Origin: an uncultured delta proteobacterium
GTDB lineage: Bacteria > Desulfobacterota > Desulfobacteria > Desulfobacterales > B30-G6
NCBI GenBank assembly: GCA_963823335.1
Contig: CAWGLD010000001.1
Location: 352,001 to 416,000, forward strand
Direction of reading: 5' to 3'
DNA length: 64,000 nt
Shown here: positions 36,547 through 46,707 of the stretch, in pieces
Layout: each line of letters starts with the position of its first letter
Numbering within the stretch: position 1 is the stretch's first letter
The notes under the pieces: model-generated
What the model saw: only the letters and a program-made list of their open reading frames with translations
What the model was told of the DNA's origin: nothing
Databases searched by the model: none
Translations under genes and position numbers: made by a program

Positions 36547-39195
36547 ATGAAAAATCTCTCTAAAACAGTTTTGCATGATCAGCATGTCGGCCTGGGTGCC
36601 CAGATGGTTGAATTCGGGGGCTGGGTCATGCCCATTCAGTATCCACAGGGTATCGTCCGTGAACACCTTGTCACAAGACAACATGCCGGCCTTTTTGACG
36701 TGTCGCACATGGGCCGATTCACCCTTCGGGGACAGGATGCACTGCCATTTTTACAACATGTCCTTTCCAACAATGCCGCCGGGCTCGATGAAGGAGAGAG
36801 TCAGTACACATTGATTCCCAATGACAGCGGCGGTGCTATCGACGATGCCTATCTCTACCGCTTTCATGCCCATGAATATCTGCTGGTGGTCAATGCCAGC
36901 AACCGCCTAAAAGACTGGGATCACTTTCAGTCATGTCTGCCCGATTTCAAAAATGTCACCCTGGAAGACAAGACCGAGGACATCTCCATGCTGAGTCTGC
37001 AGGGGCCGGCATCCAAAGACATTCTCCAGAAAACAATCGACACCGGGGTGCTTCCGGAACCCATGCGCAACCATCTCAGCATCGCCACCATACAAGGCAA
37101 AAAGGCGCTTATTGCGCGCACGGGATACACCGGAGAACCCCTCTGTTTTGAGCTGTTCATCGCCAGCGCCGACACGCCCGCTATCTGGGATCTACTGATC
37201 AAACAGGGTGCCCACCCTGTCGGACTGGGCGCACGGGACACCCTCAGGCTCGAGGCAGGTCTTCCCCTGTACGGACATGAACTGGGAATGGACCCGGACA
37301 ACAGGGAAATTCCGATCTACGCGTCACCCTTGTCACGGTTTGCGGTGAGTCTGTCACCTTTAAAAAAAGAGTTCATCGGTCGAAATGCCCTTGAAAAACA
37401 ATTTCGAGCGTTTAAAAAAATTGCCGATCAAGACTATACCCTCATTCATGACCTCCCCCGCTGCATCATGCCGGTTGCCTTGAAAAAGAAAAGTGTGGCT
37501 CGCGCCGGATACAAAGTGTTTCAGCAAGATCGTCATGTCGGGTATGTCACCAGCGGTACCATGATTCCGCGCTGGGAGATCGAGGGGCAGGGAATCTTCT
37601 CCAAATTGACCGAAAACCACGATCTGAGAGGAATCTGTCTGGCACTGGTGGACAGCACACTGGTGGCGGGCGACGACATCGAGATCGAAATCCGGACAAA
37701 ACAGGTTCCCGCGATTATCGTTCCCTTTCATATGCGAAGCGAGGCACCGCCTTTTGCCAGGTCTATTCCCTGGGACAGGATCGGGCAGGAAAAAAAATCG
37801 TCATCAAAAGAGGACCTTTCCAAAAACGTCCAATCCCTGCTCATAAAATCGATTCAAAACACAGAGTGGCGCCAAAAGGAGTGTATCAATCTTATCCCCT
37901 CCGAACAGACCCAGTCCGAGCTCGTACGCTTGCTTTCCATCATGGACCCCTGCGGACGGTATGCCGAGCACAAACAGGTGGGTGCCTTCAGTGAAGCCGA
38001 GGTTTTTTATTACCAGGGAACCGATTTCATTGCTGAGGTCGAGGCACAACTCGAAACAGAGTTAAAAAAGTTCTTTGGCTGTCAGCAGGTCGAGACCCGG
38101 CTGGTTTCGGGCCAGATGGCCAATATGGCGCTCTTCAGTGCCCTGGTTGACTATATCAATCGAACCGACCGCAAAAATGAGCAAAGACGACTCAGGAAGG
38201 TGATGAACAACCACATCATCAAGGGCGGCCATCTGAGTGCCCAGCCCATGGGCGCGTTGAGAGACTTTGTGGCCCGGGATCCCCTGTCTGAAAAACCGGC
38301 GGTGGTAAATTTTCCGGTCCTACCGGAAAACCCCTATAAAATTGACCTGAATGCCTGTGAGACTCTCATCCAGAAACATGCGCCGGAACTGATTATTTTT
38401 GGTAAAAGCATGGTCCTCCACAGGGAGCCTGTGGCAGAAGTTCGTCGGATCGTCGACAACCTGGGTCTGGATTCGATCATCATGTACGATATGGCTCATG
38501 TTCTGGGCCTGGTGGGCCCCCACTTTCAAGAGCCCTTTAAAGAGGGTGCGGATTTCATTACAGGATCCACCCATAAAACTTTTTTCGGAACCCAGCGGGG
38601 TATCATCGGCACGGATATCAAAGATGAAGACCCCCGATTCGAGCTGTGGGAAGCCGTCAAACGCCGGGCATTCCCCGGAAGTGTCAGCAACCATCACCTG
38701 GGAACACTTTTGGGGCTCCTGATGGCGGCATACGAAATGAACCACTTCAAGAATGCATACCCCAGAAAAGTGCTCGATAACGCTCGCGCTTTCGCCAGGG
38801 CACTGGACGACTGCGGATTGAGCGTGGCTGGCGATCCTGAAATATCCTTTACAGAAACCCACCAGGTCATACTCAACGTCGGCTATGCAAAGGGACCTGA
38901 TATTGCCAGGAAACTGGAAGAAAACAACCTCATCGTCAATTATCAGGCAGCACCGGTGGAAGAAGGCTTTACAGCGTCCGGATCTCTTCGCATGGGTGTA
39001 CAGGAAATGACGCGTTTTGGTATGCAGGCCGCGGATTTCCAAGAACTGGCACAATTTTTCAAGGATGTTCTGGTGGATAACCGCACCGTCAAGGAAGCCG
39101 TCATAGCGTTTAGAAAACGTTTCCTGGAGATGAAGTTCTGTTTTACAGCAGATCAGATCGGGGACTATATCCAGAAGTTGCACGAATCGCTATAA
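36547..39195 (+). CDS. gcvT: Glycine cleavage T protein fused to serine hydroxymethyltransferase
   Basis: N-half: LFDVSHMG, RTGYTGE, GLGARDTLRLEAG. C-half: INLIPSE, GGHLS, YDMAHVLGL, GSTHKTFFG (PLP lysine), FPGSVSNHH. Confidence 0.93.
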   Translation: MKNLSKTVLHDQHVGLGAQMVEFGGWVMPIQYPQGIVREHLVTRQHAGLFDVSHMGRFTLRGQDALPFLQHVLSNNAAGLDEGESQYTLIPNDSGGAIDDAYLYRFHAHEYLLVVNASNRLKDWDHFQSCLPDFKNVTLEDKTEDISMLSLQGPASKDILQKTIDTGVLPEPMRNHLSIATIQGKKALIARTGYTGEPLCFELFIASADTPAIWDLLIKQGAHPVGLGARDTLRLEAGLPLYGHELGMDPDNREIPIYASPLSRFAVSLSPLKKEFIGRNALEKQFRAFKKIADQDYTLIHDLPRCIMPVALKKKSVARAGYKVFQQDRHVGYVTSGTMIPRWEIEGQGIFSKLTENHDLRGICLALVDSTLVAGDDIEIEIRTKQVPAIIVPFHMRSEAPPFARSIPWDRIGQEKKSSSKEDLSKNVQSLLIKSIQNTEWRQKECINLIPSEQTQSELVRLLSIMDPCGRYAEHKQVGAFSEAEVFYYQGTDFIAEVEAQLETELKKFFGCQQVETRLVSGQMANMALFSALVDYINRTDRKNEQRRLRKVMNNHIIKGGHLSAQPMGALRDFVARDPLSEKPAVVNFPVLPENPYKIDLNACETLIQKHAPELIIFGKSMVLHREPVAEVRRIVDNLGLDSIIMYDMAHVLGLVGPHFQEPFKEGADFITGSTHKTFFGTQRGIIGTDIKDEDPRFELWEAVKRRAFPGSVSNHHLGTLLGLLMAAYEMNHFKNAYPRKVLDNARAFARALDDCGLSVAGDPEISFTETHQVILNVGYAKGPDIARKLEENNLIVNYQAAPVEEGFTASGSLRMGVQEMTRFGMQAADFQELAQFFKDVLVDNRTVKEAVIAFRKRFLEMKFCFTADQIGDYIQKLHESL

Positions 39196-39484
39196 GCGAT
39201 AAGCATTAAGCTGTAAGCTGTTCTTGATAAGCCCTGTTAAATAGACGACAGACATGTAAGTTCCTTAACGTTAAGATTTGTGTTTTTGTGATAAAAAAAT
39301 AAAAGTACCCACGAAAACACGAAAATTCTTATGCTCTTTTTCGTGGTTTCGTATTTTCGTGGTTTCGTGATAAATAGTCTTTTTCCCTTCCGGTTTGTCC
39401 GGACAGGGCATTTAGCAACTAACAGCTTATTGCTACCTAAAACCTAATTCCTAAAACCTAACACCATTTTTACAGGAGACTGTC

Positions 39485-39883
39485 ATGAAAGAATTGAGCG
39501 AGCTGAATTTTCCCGACGATATCATGTATACCGATGATCACGAATGGACAAAAATGGAAAAAGACGAAGCCGTCATCGGCATCAGTGACTATGCCCAGGA
39601 TCAGCTGGGAGACATCGTTTTTGTCGAATTACCCCAGGTTGGTGAGACCTTTGAAAAGGGTGCCGAGTTCGGCACGGTGGAATCCGTCAAAGCCGTATCT
39701 GAACTGTTCATGCCCGTGAGTGGTGAGATTGTTGCCGTCAATGACACACTGGAAGACACGCCGGAACTTGTCAATAACCAACCCTATACCGGGGGATGGA
39801 TGCTCCGGATCAAGCTCAGTGAAAAATCTGAATTGGACCAGCTGATGAATAAAAGCACTTACCTCGAATCATTGAAAGGGTAA
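39485..39883 (+). CDS. gcvH: Glycine cleavage system H protein
   Basis: HEW, GISDYAQDQLGD, VESVKAVS lipoyl motif. Confidence 0.96.
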   Translation: MKELSELNFPDDIMYTDDHEWTKMEKDEAVIGISDYAQDQLGDIVFVELPQVGETFEKGAEFGTVESVKAVSELFMPVSGEIVAVNDTLEDTPELVNNQPYTGGWMLRIKLSEKSELDQLMNKSTYLESLKG

Positions 39884-39887
39884 CAGC

Positions 39888-41222
39888 ATGAGATATTTAC
39901 CGCACACGCAGGAAGATATCGCCGATATGCTCAAAAAGATCGGTGCCGGCAGCCTGGATGATCTGTTCACGACCATTCCGGATGACTGCCGCAGAAAAAC
40001 GGACCTCGATTTGCCGGAAGCCATGACCGAGTGGGAACTGAACCGTCACATGAGCGGACTGGCTGCCCAGATGGCAGTCTGCCCGGATTACAAAGTATTC
40101 ATCGGTGCCGGTAGTTATGATCATTACATTCCGGAAGTGGTTCGACAACTTCTGAGCAGGTCAGAGTTTTACACGGCCTATACCCCTTATCAGCCGGAAA
40201 TGAGCCAGGGCACTCTTCAAGCCATTTATGAATACCAGACACTTACCACGCGTCTTTTAGGATTGGACGTGGCCAATGCCTCCATGTATGACGGCGCATC
40301 CTCCCTGGCGGAAGCGCTACTGATGTCCATCCGCATCAGCGGGCGTAAAAAAGTGGCCGTCTCCCGTCTCATCCATCCCCTGTATCGGCAAGTGGTTCGC
40401 ACATACTTCGCACCCACGGGGTTCGAAGTTATCGAGCTTCCTGTGCTGGACTCCGGTCAAACAGACATGACCGGTGTCACGGATATCGAGACATTTGCAG
40501 GCGTGGCCGTTCAATCACCCAACTATTTTGGGTGTATCGAAAACCTGGCCGCCCTCGGGGAACACGTTCACTCGGACAGCAAAACACTTTTTATCGTCTC
40601 TTTCACCGAACCCCTTGCCTATGGCATATTGAAGAGCCCGGGAAGCCTCGGTGCAGACATTGCATGTGGCGAGGGACAGGGTCTGGGCATCCCCAGATCT
40701 TTCGGTGGCCCCGGTCTTGGCATGTTTGCAGCAAAAAAGGCCTACACAAGAAATATGCCCGGCAGGCTCGTTGGCCAGACGCAGGATCTTGAAGGCAAGA
40801 GGGGTTTTGTCTTGACACTCTCCACCAGGGAGCAACATATTCGCCGTGAAAAAGCCACCTCGAACATCTGCTCCAATCAGGGTTTGTGTGCCACTGCCGC
40901 AGCCATGTATATGGCAACCCTGGGAGGCTCCGGTATTCGAAAACTGGCCGTATTGAATCACGATAAAGCCGCCTATCTACAAACTCAATTAGAAAAGGCA
41001 GGGTTTGAAATTCCTTTTGACACACCCGTATTCAACGAATTTGTCGTCAAGTTTCCGCCGGGATTCAAAAAGACCTATGCAAACCTGCTGGCCAAAAAAA
41101 TAGTAGCGGGTCTTTCGCTGGCATCGGATTATCCCGAGTTTCCCCATCACTATCTTTTATGTGCCACAGAAACCATGGACAAGGCAGATATGGACCTGCT
41201 GGTCAAGGAGGTGACATCATGA
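39888..41222 (+). CDS. gcvPA: Glycine dehydrogenase subunit 1
   Basis: YTAYTPYQPEMSQG, NASMYDG, REQHIRREKATSNICSNQ. Confidence 0.96.
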   Translation: MRYLPHTQEDIADMLKKIGAGSLDDLFTTIPDDCRRKTDLDLPEAMTEWELNRHMSGLAAQMAVCPDYKVFIGAGSYDHYIPEVVRQLLSRSEFYTAYTPYQPEMSQGTLQAIYEYQTLTTRLLGLDVANASMYDGASSLAEALLMSIRISGRKKVAVSRLIHPLYRQVVRTYFAPTGFEVIELPVLDSGQTDMTGVTDIETFAGVAVQSPNYFGCIENLAALGEHVHSDSKTLFIVSFTEPLAYGILKSPGSLGADIACGEGQGLGIPRSFGGPGLGMFAAKKAYTRNMPGRLVGQTQDLEGKRGFVLTLSTREQHIRREKATSNICSNQGLCATAAAMYMATLGGSGIRKLAVLNHDKAAYLQTQLEKAGFEIPFDTPVFNEFVVKFPPGFKKTYANLLAKKIVAGLSLASDYPEFPHHYLLCATETMDKADMDLLVKEVTS

Positions 41223-42673
41223 AGGAACCCGTCGGAACCACAGGTCTGATACTCAATGAGCCCCTTTTGTGGGAAAAGGGCAAAAAAGGGCGCACGGGCT
41301 TCTCTTTGCCCAATAGCGATGTCCCGTCATCCCCGCTGGTCGAGGGGCTGATCGGGGAAGGACCCGATTTCCCCGATCTGAGCGAAGTCGATGTCGTGAG
41401 ACATTACACCCGTCTTTCCACCTGGAATTTCGGGGTCGACAGCGGCATGTACCCCCTGGGATCCTGCACCATGAAATACAATCCCAAGACCAATGAACGC
41501 CAGGCCTCGCTGCCGGGCCTTTCCCAGGCGCATCCCCTGTTACCGGCTGAACTGGCCCAGGGTTCACTCAAAATCATGTTTGACCTTCAGAAATATCTGG
41601 CCGAAATCACCGGGCTGCCGGCCGTTACACTGCAACCAGCCGCCGGTGCCCAGGGAGAACTCACCGGTATGCTCCTGTTTTACGCTTTTCACATGATGAA
41701 CAAGGAAAGAAGAACCAAAATCCTCATACCGGACACAGCCCACGGCACCAACCCTGCAAGCGCGGCCTTGTGTGGCTTCCGATCGATTCCCGTTGCATCC
41801 AATACACAGGGAGTTCTTTCAGCGGACGATGTGCAGGCCCTCATGGATGAGAACACGGCCGGCATCATGGTCACGAATCCCAACACTCTGGGTCTTTTCG
41901 AAGAGCATATCAAGCAGATATCTGAGGTCGTACATGCCAAAGGGGGCCTCGTATATGCCGATGGCGCCAACATGAACGCCGTGATGGGTATGGTGAACAT
42001 GGCCGACCTGGGTGTGGATGTCCTGCATCTCAATCTCCACAAAACCTTTTCAACTCCCCATGGTGGCGGTGGGCCCGGCAGTGGCCCGGTTTGCGTCACC
42101 AAAAGACTCGAGCCCTTTCTGCCGGTACCAAGGGTGGTCCAGGGCCAGAACAGATATGAACTCTCTTATGACTTCCCGGAATCGATTGGCAAGGTTCACG
42201 CATTTTACGGAAATTTCGGGATCCTAATTCGAGCCTATTCCTATATTCTTTCCCTGGGCGCACAACTGAAAACAGCGAGTCAGCTGGCGGTGCTGAACGC
42301 CAACTATCTGAAAGAGAGCCTGCGGGATATTTTTCACCTGCCCTATGACAAACCCTGTATGCATGAATGTGTCTTCACGGACAAACATCAACAGGCATAC
42401 AAGGTCAGCACCCTCGACATTGCCAAGCGACTGATAGATTATGGTTTTCATCCACCCACCATCTATTTCCCTCTCGTGGTCCCGGGCGCATTGATGATGG
42501 AGCCCACAGAAACAGAATCCAAAGAGGATCTCGATCGCTTCATCGAAGCCTTGAGGCAGATTGTCCAGGAAGCCAAAGACAATCCGGAACTGCTCTTGCA
42601 GGCTCCCACCAAGACCAAGGTCCGGCGACTGGACGAAACCATGGCCGCACGAAAACCGTGCCTGGCCGGTTAG
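41219..42673 (+). CDS. gcvPB: Glycine dehydrogenase subunit 2
   Basis: PLGSCTMKYNP, HLNLHKTFSTPHGGGGPG, EPTETES; ATGA overlap with gcvPA. Confidence 0.96.
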   Translation: MKEPVGTTGLILNEPLLWEKGKKGRTGFSLPNSDVPSSPLVEGLIGEGPDFPDLSEVDVVRHYTRLSTWNFGVDSGMYPLGSCTMKYNPKTNERQASLPGLSQAHPLLPAELAQGSLKIMFDLQKYLAEITGLPAVTLQPAAGAQGELTGMLLFYAFHMMNKERRTKILIPDTAHGTNPASAALCGFRSIPVASNTQGVLSADDVQALMDENTAGIMVTNPNTLGLFEEHIKQISEVVHAKGGLVYADGANMNAVMGMVNMADLGVDVLHLNLHKTFSTPHGGGGPGSGPVCVTKRLEPFLPVPRVVQGQNRYELSYDFPESIGKVHAFYGNFGILIRAYSYILSLGAQLKTASQLAVLNANYLKESLRDIFHLPYDKPCMHECVFTDKHQQAYKVSTLDIAKRLIDYGFHPPTIYFPLVVPGALMMEPTETESKEDLDRFIEALRQIVQEAKDNPELLLQAPTKTKVRRLDETMAARKPCLAG

Positions 42674-42677
42674 TCTG

Positions 42678-43442
42678 ATGCCGGGACAACACCCTCAGCC
42701 TCGGATCCAGCCTTTCATGTGTTTGGATCTTGAGACAATGGCCTATGCGGAAGCCTGGGACTTCCAACAGACCGTGGTCAGGGCCAAAATTGAAAAGAGC
42801 TTTTCCCGGGATCTCATCCTGCTGGTAGAGCATCCCCCGGTTTTTACACTGGGCCGCAGGGGGGGAATTGAGAACCTTACAGTCTCCGAAGCTTTTCTGA
42901 AAACATCAGGTGTCCAGGTCATTCAGGTGGAAAGGGGGGGGGACATCACCTATCACGGCCCCGGCCAGATGGTGGTCTATCCCATCCTGAATCTGAATCG
43001 TCAACGACTCGGCGTCACGGAACTGGTCTTCATGCTCGAAGAAATCATGCTCCGCGTTTCCGAATCTCTCGGCGTCCAGGCTGCGCGAAATCCCAGGAAT
43101 CGAGGTGTCTGGGTCGCTGACAAAAAGCTTGGCAGTATTGGCCTGGCTGTCCGGAAGGGAATCAGTTTCCATGGAATGGCTCTGAACGTCAATCTTTCCA
43201 TGACCCACTTCGAATGGATTCATCCCTGCGGCCTTACAAACACCTCCATGACATCCCTCGAAAAGGAACTGCCCGAAAAACCTTCCATGCAAGCGGTACG
43301 GAAATTGACCAAACAGCATTTAGCTGATGTGTTCGGGCGGTCTTTAGAGGAGATAACGAAAGCGCAGTTAGGAAAATGGATACGGAGCGAGGAAAAAATT
43401 AGGGTCCGAGGGTTCGAGGGGGATACAAGGGTTGAAGGGTAG
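42678..43442 (+). CDS. lipB: Lipoyl(octanoyl) transferase
   Basis: EHPPVFTLG, RGGDITYHGPGQ, KLGSIG, HGMALN, PCG. Confidence 0.94.
   Translation: MPGQHPQPRIQPFMCLDLETMAYAEAWDFQQTVVRAKIEKSFSRDLILLVEHPPVFTLGRRGGIENLTVSEAFLKTSGVQVIQVERGGDITYHGPGQMVVYPILNLNRQRLGVTELVFMLEEIMLRVSESLGVQAARNPRNRGVWVADKKLGSIGLAVRKGISFHGMALNVNLSMTHFEWIHPCGLTNTSMTSLEKELPEKPSMQAVRKLTKQHLADVFGRSLEEITKAQLGKWIRSEEKIRVRGFEGDTRVEG
43401..43440 (+). repeat. G-rich 40-bp repeat (copy 2), encodes the LipB C-terminus
   Basis: AGGGTCCGAGGGTTCGAGGGGGATACAAGGGTTGAAGGGT. Confidence 0.7.
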
Positions 43443-43466
43443 CTATTCGCTTTCAGCTATAAGCGA

Positions 43467-43589
43467 CAATAAATTACGCGCGTAGCGCTAATGTCGCACG
43501 TAGTGCAAATGACGCCCGCAGGGCTATAATGACAGCCGAAGGCGTAATATCGCGCGCAGCGCAAATGTTGTCCGGAGGACAAATGTCAC
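43467..43589 (+). repeat. GNA mini-hairpin array (copy F), overlaps the lipA RBS and start
   Basis: GCGC-GTA-GCGC, GCAC-GTA-GTGC, GCCC-GCA-GGGC, GCC-GAA-GGC, GCGC-GCA-GCGC, GTCC-GGA-GGAC-AAATGTC. Confidence 0.85.
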
Positions 43590-44449
43590 ACAATCTGCCG
43601 AAAAAACCGGCATGGCTGAAGCGGCGCCTGCCCTCGGGATCGGATTATGAAAAAGTTCGCGCCCTCATCGAAAACTGTCATCTGCACACGGTTTGCCAGG
43701 AAGCTCATTGCCCCAATATCTGGGAGTGCTTTTCCAGGCAGACGGCCACATTTCTCATCCTGGGAGACCGCTGTACACGCAACTGCCGATTCTGCGCCGT
43801 TGGCCAAGGTCCCCAAGGGCCGCCAGATCCGGAAGAGCCCGGTCATGTGGCCTTGGCGGTTCAAGAATTAAAGCTCGCCTACGTGGTAATCACCTCCGTG
43901 ACCCGGGATGATCTGCCGGATGGGGGCGCAGAACATTTTGCAGATACGATTCAAGCGCTGAGGGACAAGTGCCCCGGTGTGGGTATCGAGGTGCTGATTC
44001 CTGACTTCCAGGGTAATCGTCATGCCTGGCAGACCGTTCTGGACGCACGACCCGATGTTCTGAATCACAACCTGGAAACCATCCAGCGTCTCTACCCGCA
44101 GGTCAGACCCCAGGCGGACTACACGCAATCTTTAGAACTGATACGGTATGCCGCAGACAACGCTCCTGATATTTCCACCAAATCAGGACTGATGCTGGGA
44201 CTGGGAGAAAGCAATCATGAAATCGTGGCGGAATTTGCAGACCTCGTCCAGGCCGGATGCCATATCCTGACCCTGGGCCAATACCTGCAACCCAGCAAGA
44301 ATCATCTTCCGGTGACCCGCTATGTGCCACCGCAAGAATTTGAGGAATTGAAAAAAATTGCCCTGGATATGGGTTTCAGGGACGTTGCTGCAGATCCGTT
44401 TGTGCGCAGCTCCTATCGGGCCAAGGAGCTTTTTAGCGGTACGTCTTAA
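43583..44449 (+). CDS. lipA: Lipoyl synthase
   Basis: CQEAHCPNIWEC, CTRNCRFC, NHNLET, GQYLQP, RSSY. Confidence 0.96.
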   Translation: MSHNLPKKPAWLKRRLPSGSDYEKVRALIENCHLHTVCQEAHCPNIWECFSRQTATFLILGDRCTRNCRFCAVGQGPQGPPDPEEPGHVALAVQELKLAYVVITSVTRDDLPDGGAEHFADTIQALRDKCPGVGIEVLIPDFQGNRHAWQTVLDARPDVLNHNLETIQRLYPQVRPQADYTQSLELIRYAADNAPDISTKSGLMLGLGESNHEIVAEFADLVQAGCHILTLGQYLQPSKNHLPVTRYVPPQEFEELKKIALDMGFRDVAADPFVRSSYRAKELFSGTS

Positions 44450-44828
44450 GCGATAATGGATGCTCTTCACTCTTAAGTTTATCCTTGTGCCAATTTAAGT
44501 TATCCCGCTACTGGTAGCCATCGAATTTGTAGGGCGTGCTTCACACCTGCGTTATCAATAGGGATTTACCCTTTATGTCAAAGCGGATGACAGATGTATA
44601 CCGCTTGTCATAATACTGTTCTGAAAATAGGATGGCGGCATAAGGGGTTGTAGCAGAAAAAAGGTCCTCGATCGGAACGTTTTTCTGACAACCCCTATAG
44701 CCCCCAGAAAGAGGGTACTATTTTGATTTGCAGATCCAACAATGAAATTCTCAACATTTGGTGCCCTAACCCTGTTGACTTTTATATCATTGAACGGTAG
44801 TGTCTTGTTAAGAATTGAATAAATTCAG

Positions 44829-46160
44829 TTGTATACGGTTAACAATGCCCCAGTGACAACTTTGACAGATAAAGAACGAAAAAAACGACCCCGCAGGTTT
44901 TTCCTTTTACACCTCCGGCCGCCAACTGTTCCGGAAAAAACACTGCAATTTTCACTCACCTGGGGGCTTGGCGGGATGGCTGTGGTGCTGGTGGGCATGC
45001 AGTTTGCCACCGGAATACTGCTCAGTTTTGTTTTTGAGCCGACACCCTCGGGTGCCTATGCATCAATTATTGCCCTCCAGAACGACACGCCCTTCGGACA
45101 GCTTGTTCGCAACCTTCATCACTGGAGCGCCAATCTGCTGGTGTTCATCGTCTTCCTGCATGTCATGCGGGTATTTTTTACCAGTGCCTTTCACGCATCC
45201 CGTCGATTCAACTGGATCATCGGCTGGCTGATGTTCGGGATCATCCTGCTTGCCAACTTCACCGGGTATCTCCTGCCCTATGATCAGCTTGCCTACTGGG
45301 CCGTTACCGTCGCCACCGGTATGCTGGAGTATATACCGGTCGTGGGCGCCAAGCTGCAAACCTTTGTACGCGGCGGGTCGGAGATCGGTCCCGCCACCCT
45401 ACGTATTTTTTTCGCCCTCCATACGACACTTCTGCCGGCCACACTTGCGGGGCTTGCGGCCTTTCATTTCTGGCGGATCCGTAAGGCCGGTGGAGTGGTC
45501 ATTCCCCGGAAGCCAGGGGAAGTGCCTACGACACCGGTGCGTGTGCCCACGATACCCCATCTGCTTCTGCGGGAGGTTGTCACGGCATCGGTGCTGATTG
45601 CCGTGGTGCTGTTCGTGGCGGTTTTTATCAATGCCCCGTTAGAAGCGCCGGCGAACCCGGGTCTCAGCCCGAATCCAACCAAGGCACCCTGGTACTTTGC
45701 CGGGCTTCAGGAACTGCTGCTGCATATTCACCCGACGATTGCCGTCTTTGTTGTCCCGCTTCTGGTACTTGCAATGCTGTTTTCTGTGCCCTTCCTGCGT
45801 TATGAGGAAGATACAGCAGGAATCTGGTTTGTCTCCCATAGGGGGCGGTGGATGTTGATCTTTTCAGCCGGTATCTCCTTTGCGATAACAGCGTTGTCAA
45901 TTTTTTTGCATGACTTGTATTTCGGAAGAAACCCTGCCGCATCTTCAATGCCTGCCCTCGTTGCCACGGGTGTTGTGCCGGTTGCGGTATTGATCGCTGC
46001 ACTTTCCGGCGCCTATTTGCTTTTGAGAAAGAAATTCTCGGTCTTAAAAAATGAAGCGGTACAGAGTGTTTTTCTGTTTTTGGTTGTCGCCTTTATCGCG
46101 TTAACCTTGACCGGGGCCTTGTTCAGGGGAAAAAATATGGCCCTTGTCTTCTGGGGATAA
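44829..46160 (+). CDS. Cytochrome b of a Rieske/cytb complex (fused b6 + subunit IV type)
   Basis: Heme His pairs in LHHWSAN...FLH and ALH...FH; FTGYLLPYDQ; KAPWYF; start uncertain. Confidence 0.88.
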   Translation: MYTVNNAPVTTLTDKERKKRPRRFFLLHLRPPTVPEKTLQFSLTWGLGGMAVVLVGMQFATGILLSFVFEPTPSGAYASIIALQNDTPFGQLVRNLHHWSANLLVFIVFLHVMRVFFTSAFHASRRFNWIIGWLMFGIILLANFTGYLLPYDQLAYWAVTVATGMLEYIPVVGAKLQTFVRGGSEIGPATLRIFFALHTTLLPATLAGLAAFHFWRIRKAGGVVIPRKPGEVPTTPVRVPTIPHLLLREVVTASVLIAVVLFVAVFINAPLEAPANPGLSPNPTKAPWYFAGLQELLLHIHPTIAVFVVPLLVLAMLFSVPFLRYEEDTAGIWFVSHRGRWMLIFSAGISFAITALSIFLHDLYFGRNPAASSMPALVATGVVPVAVLIAALSGAYLLLRKKFSVLKNEAVQSVFLFLVVAFIALTLTGALFRGKNMALVFWG

Positions 46161-46169
46161 TATCAATAC

Positions 46170-46703
46170 ATGTCAAAATCAACTGAAAGAGAGCGTCCTG
46201 AAACCGAGCCGAAAAGACGTAGTTTTCTGTACACGCTCTGGGCAGGTCTTGGTCTGGTTGCATTTGGCGAGATCATATGGCTGGTTGTATCCTTTCTGAA
46301 ACCCGGGAAATCCCCCCAAAAGAGAGGCGATTTTGGGGGTGTCATAGAGGCGGGGCCGGTGAGCGGTTTTAAACCCGGTTCGGTAACCGCCTTTCCCAGG
46401 GGCCATTTCTATCTGGCCCGTCTCGAAGACGGTGGCTTTTTGGCGCTTTATCGAAAATGCACGCATCTTGGCTGCACACTGCCCTGGGTCGATGCCGAAA
46501 AACGTTTTATCTGCCCGTGTCATGCATCCACATTTGATATCCGAGGAAGTGTCCTCAAGTCGCCGGCATCAAGGGCTCTGGATCTTTTCATTGTTCGCAT
46601 CGAAAACAACATTGTGCGTGTGGAAACAGGTAGGTTGATCAAACGGTCCGGTTTCCAAAAAGAACAGCTTGTCTACCCCCAAAATATCGAAAGTAACTCT
46701 TAG
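46170..46703 (+). CDS. Rieske 2Fe-2S subunit
   Basis: RRSFL Tat motif, CTHLGC, CPCHAS. Confidence 0.92.
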   Translation: MSKSTERERPETEPKRRSFLYTLWAGLGLVAFGEIIWLVVSFLKPGKSPQKRGDFGGVIEAGPVSGFKPGSVTAFPRGHFYLARLEDGGFLALYRKCTHLGCTLPWVDAEKRFICPCHASTFDIRGSVLKSPASRALDLFIVRIENNIVRVETGRLIKRSGFQKEQLVYPQNIESNS

Positions 46704-46707
46704 TGTT

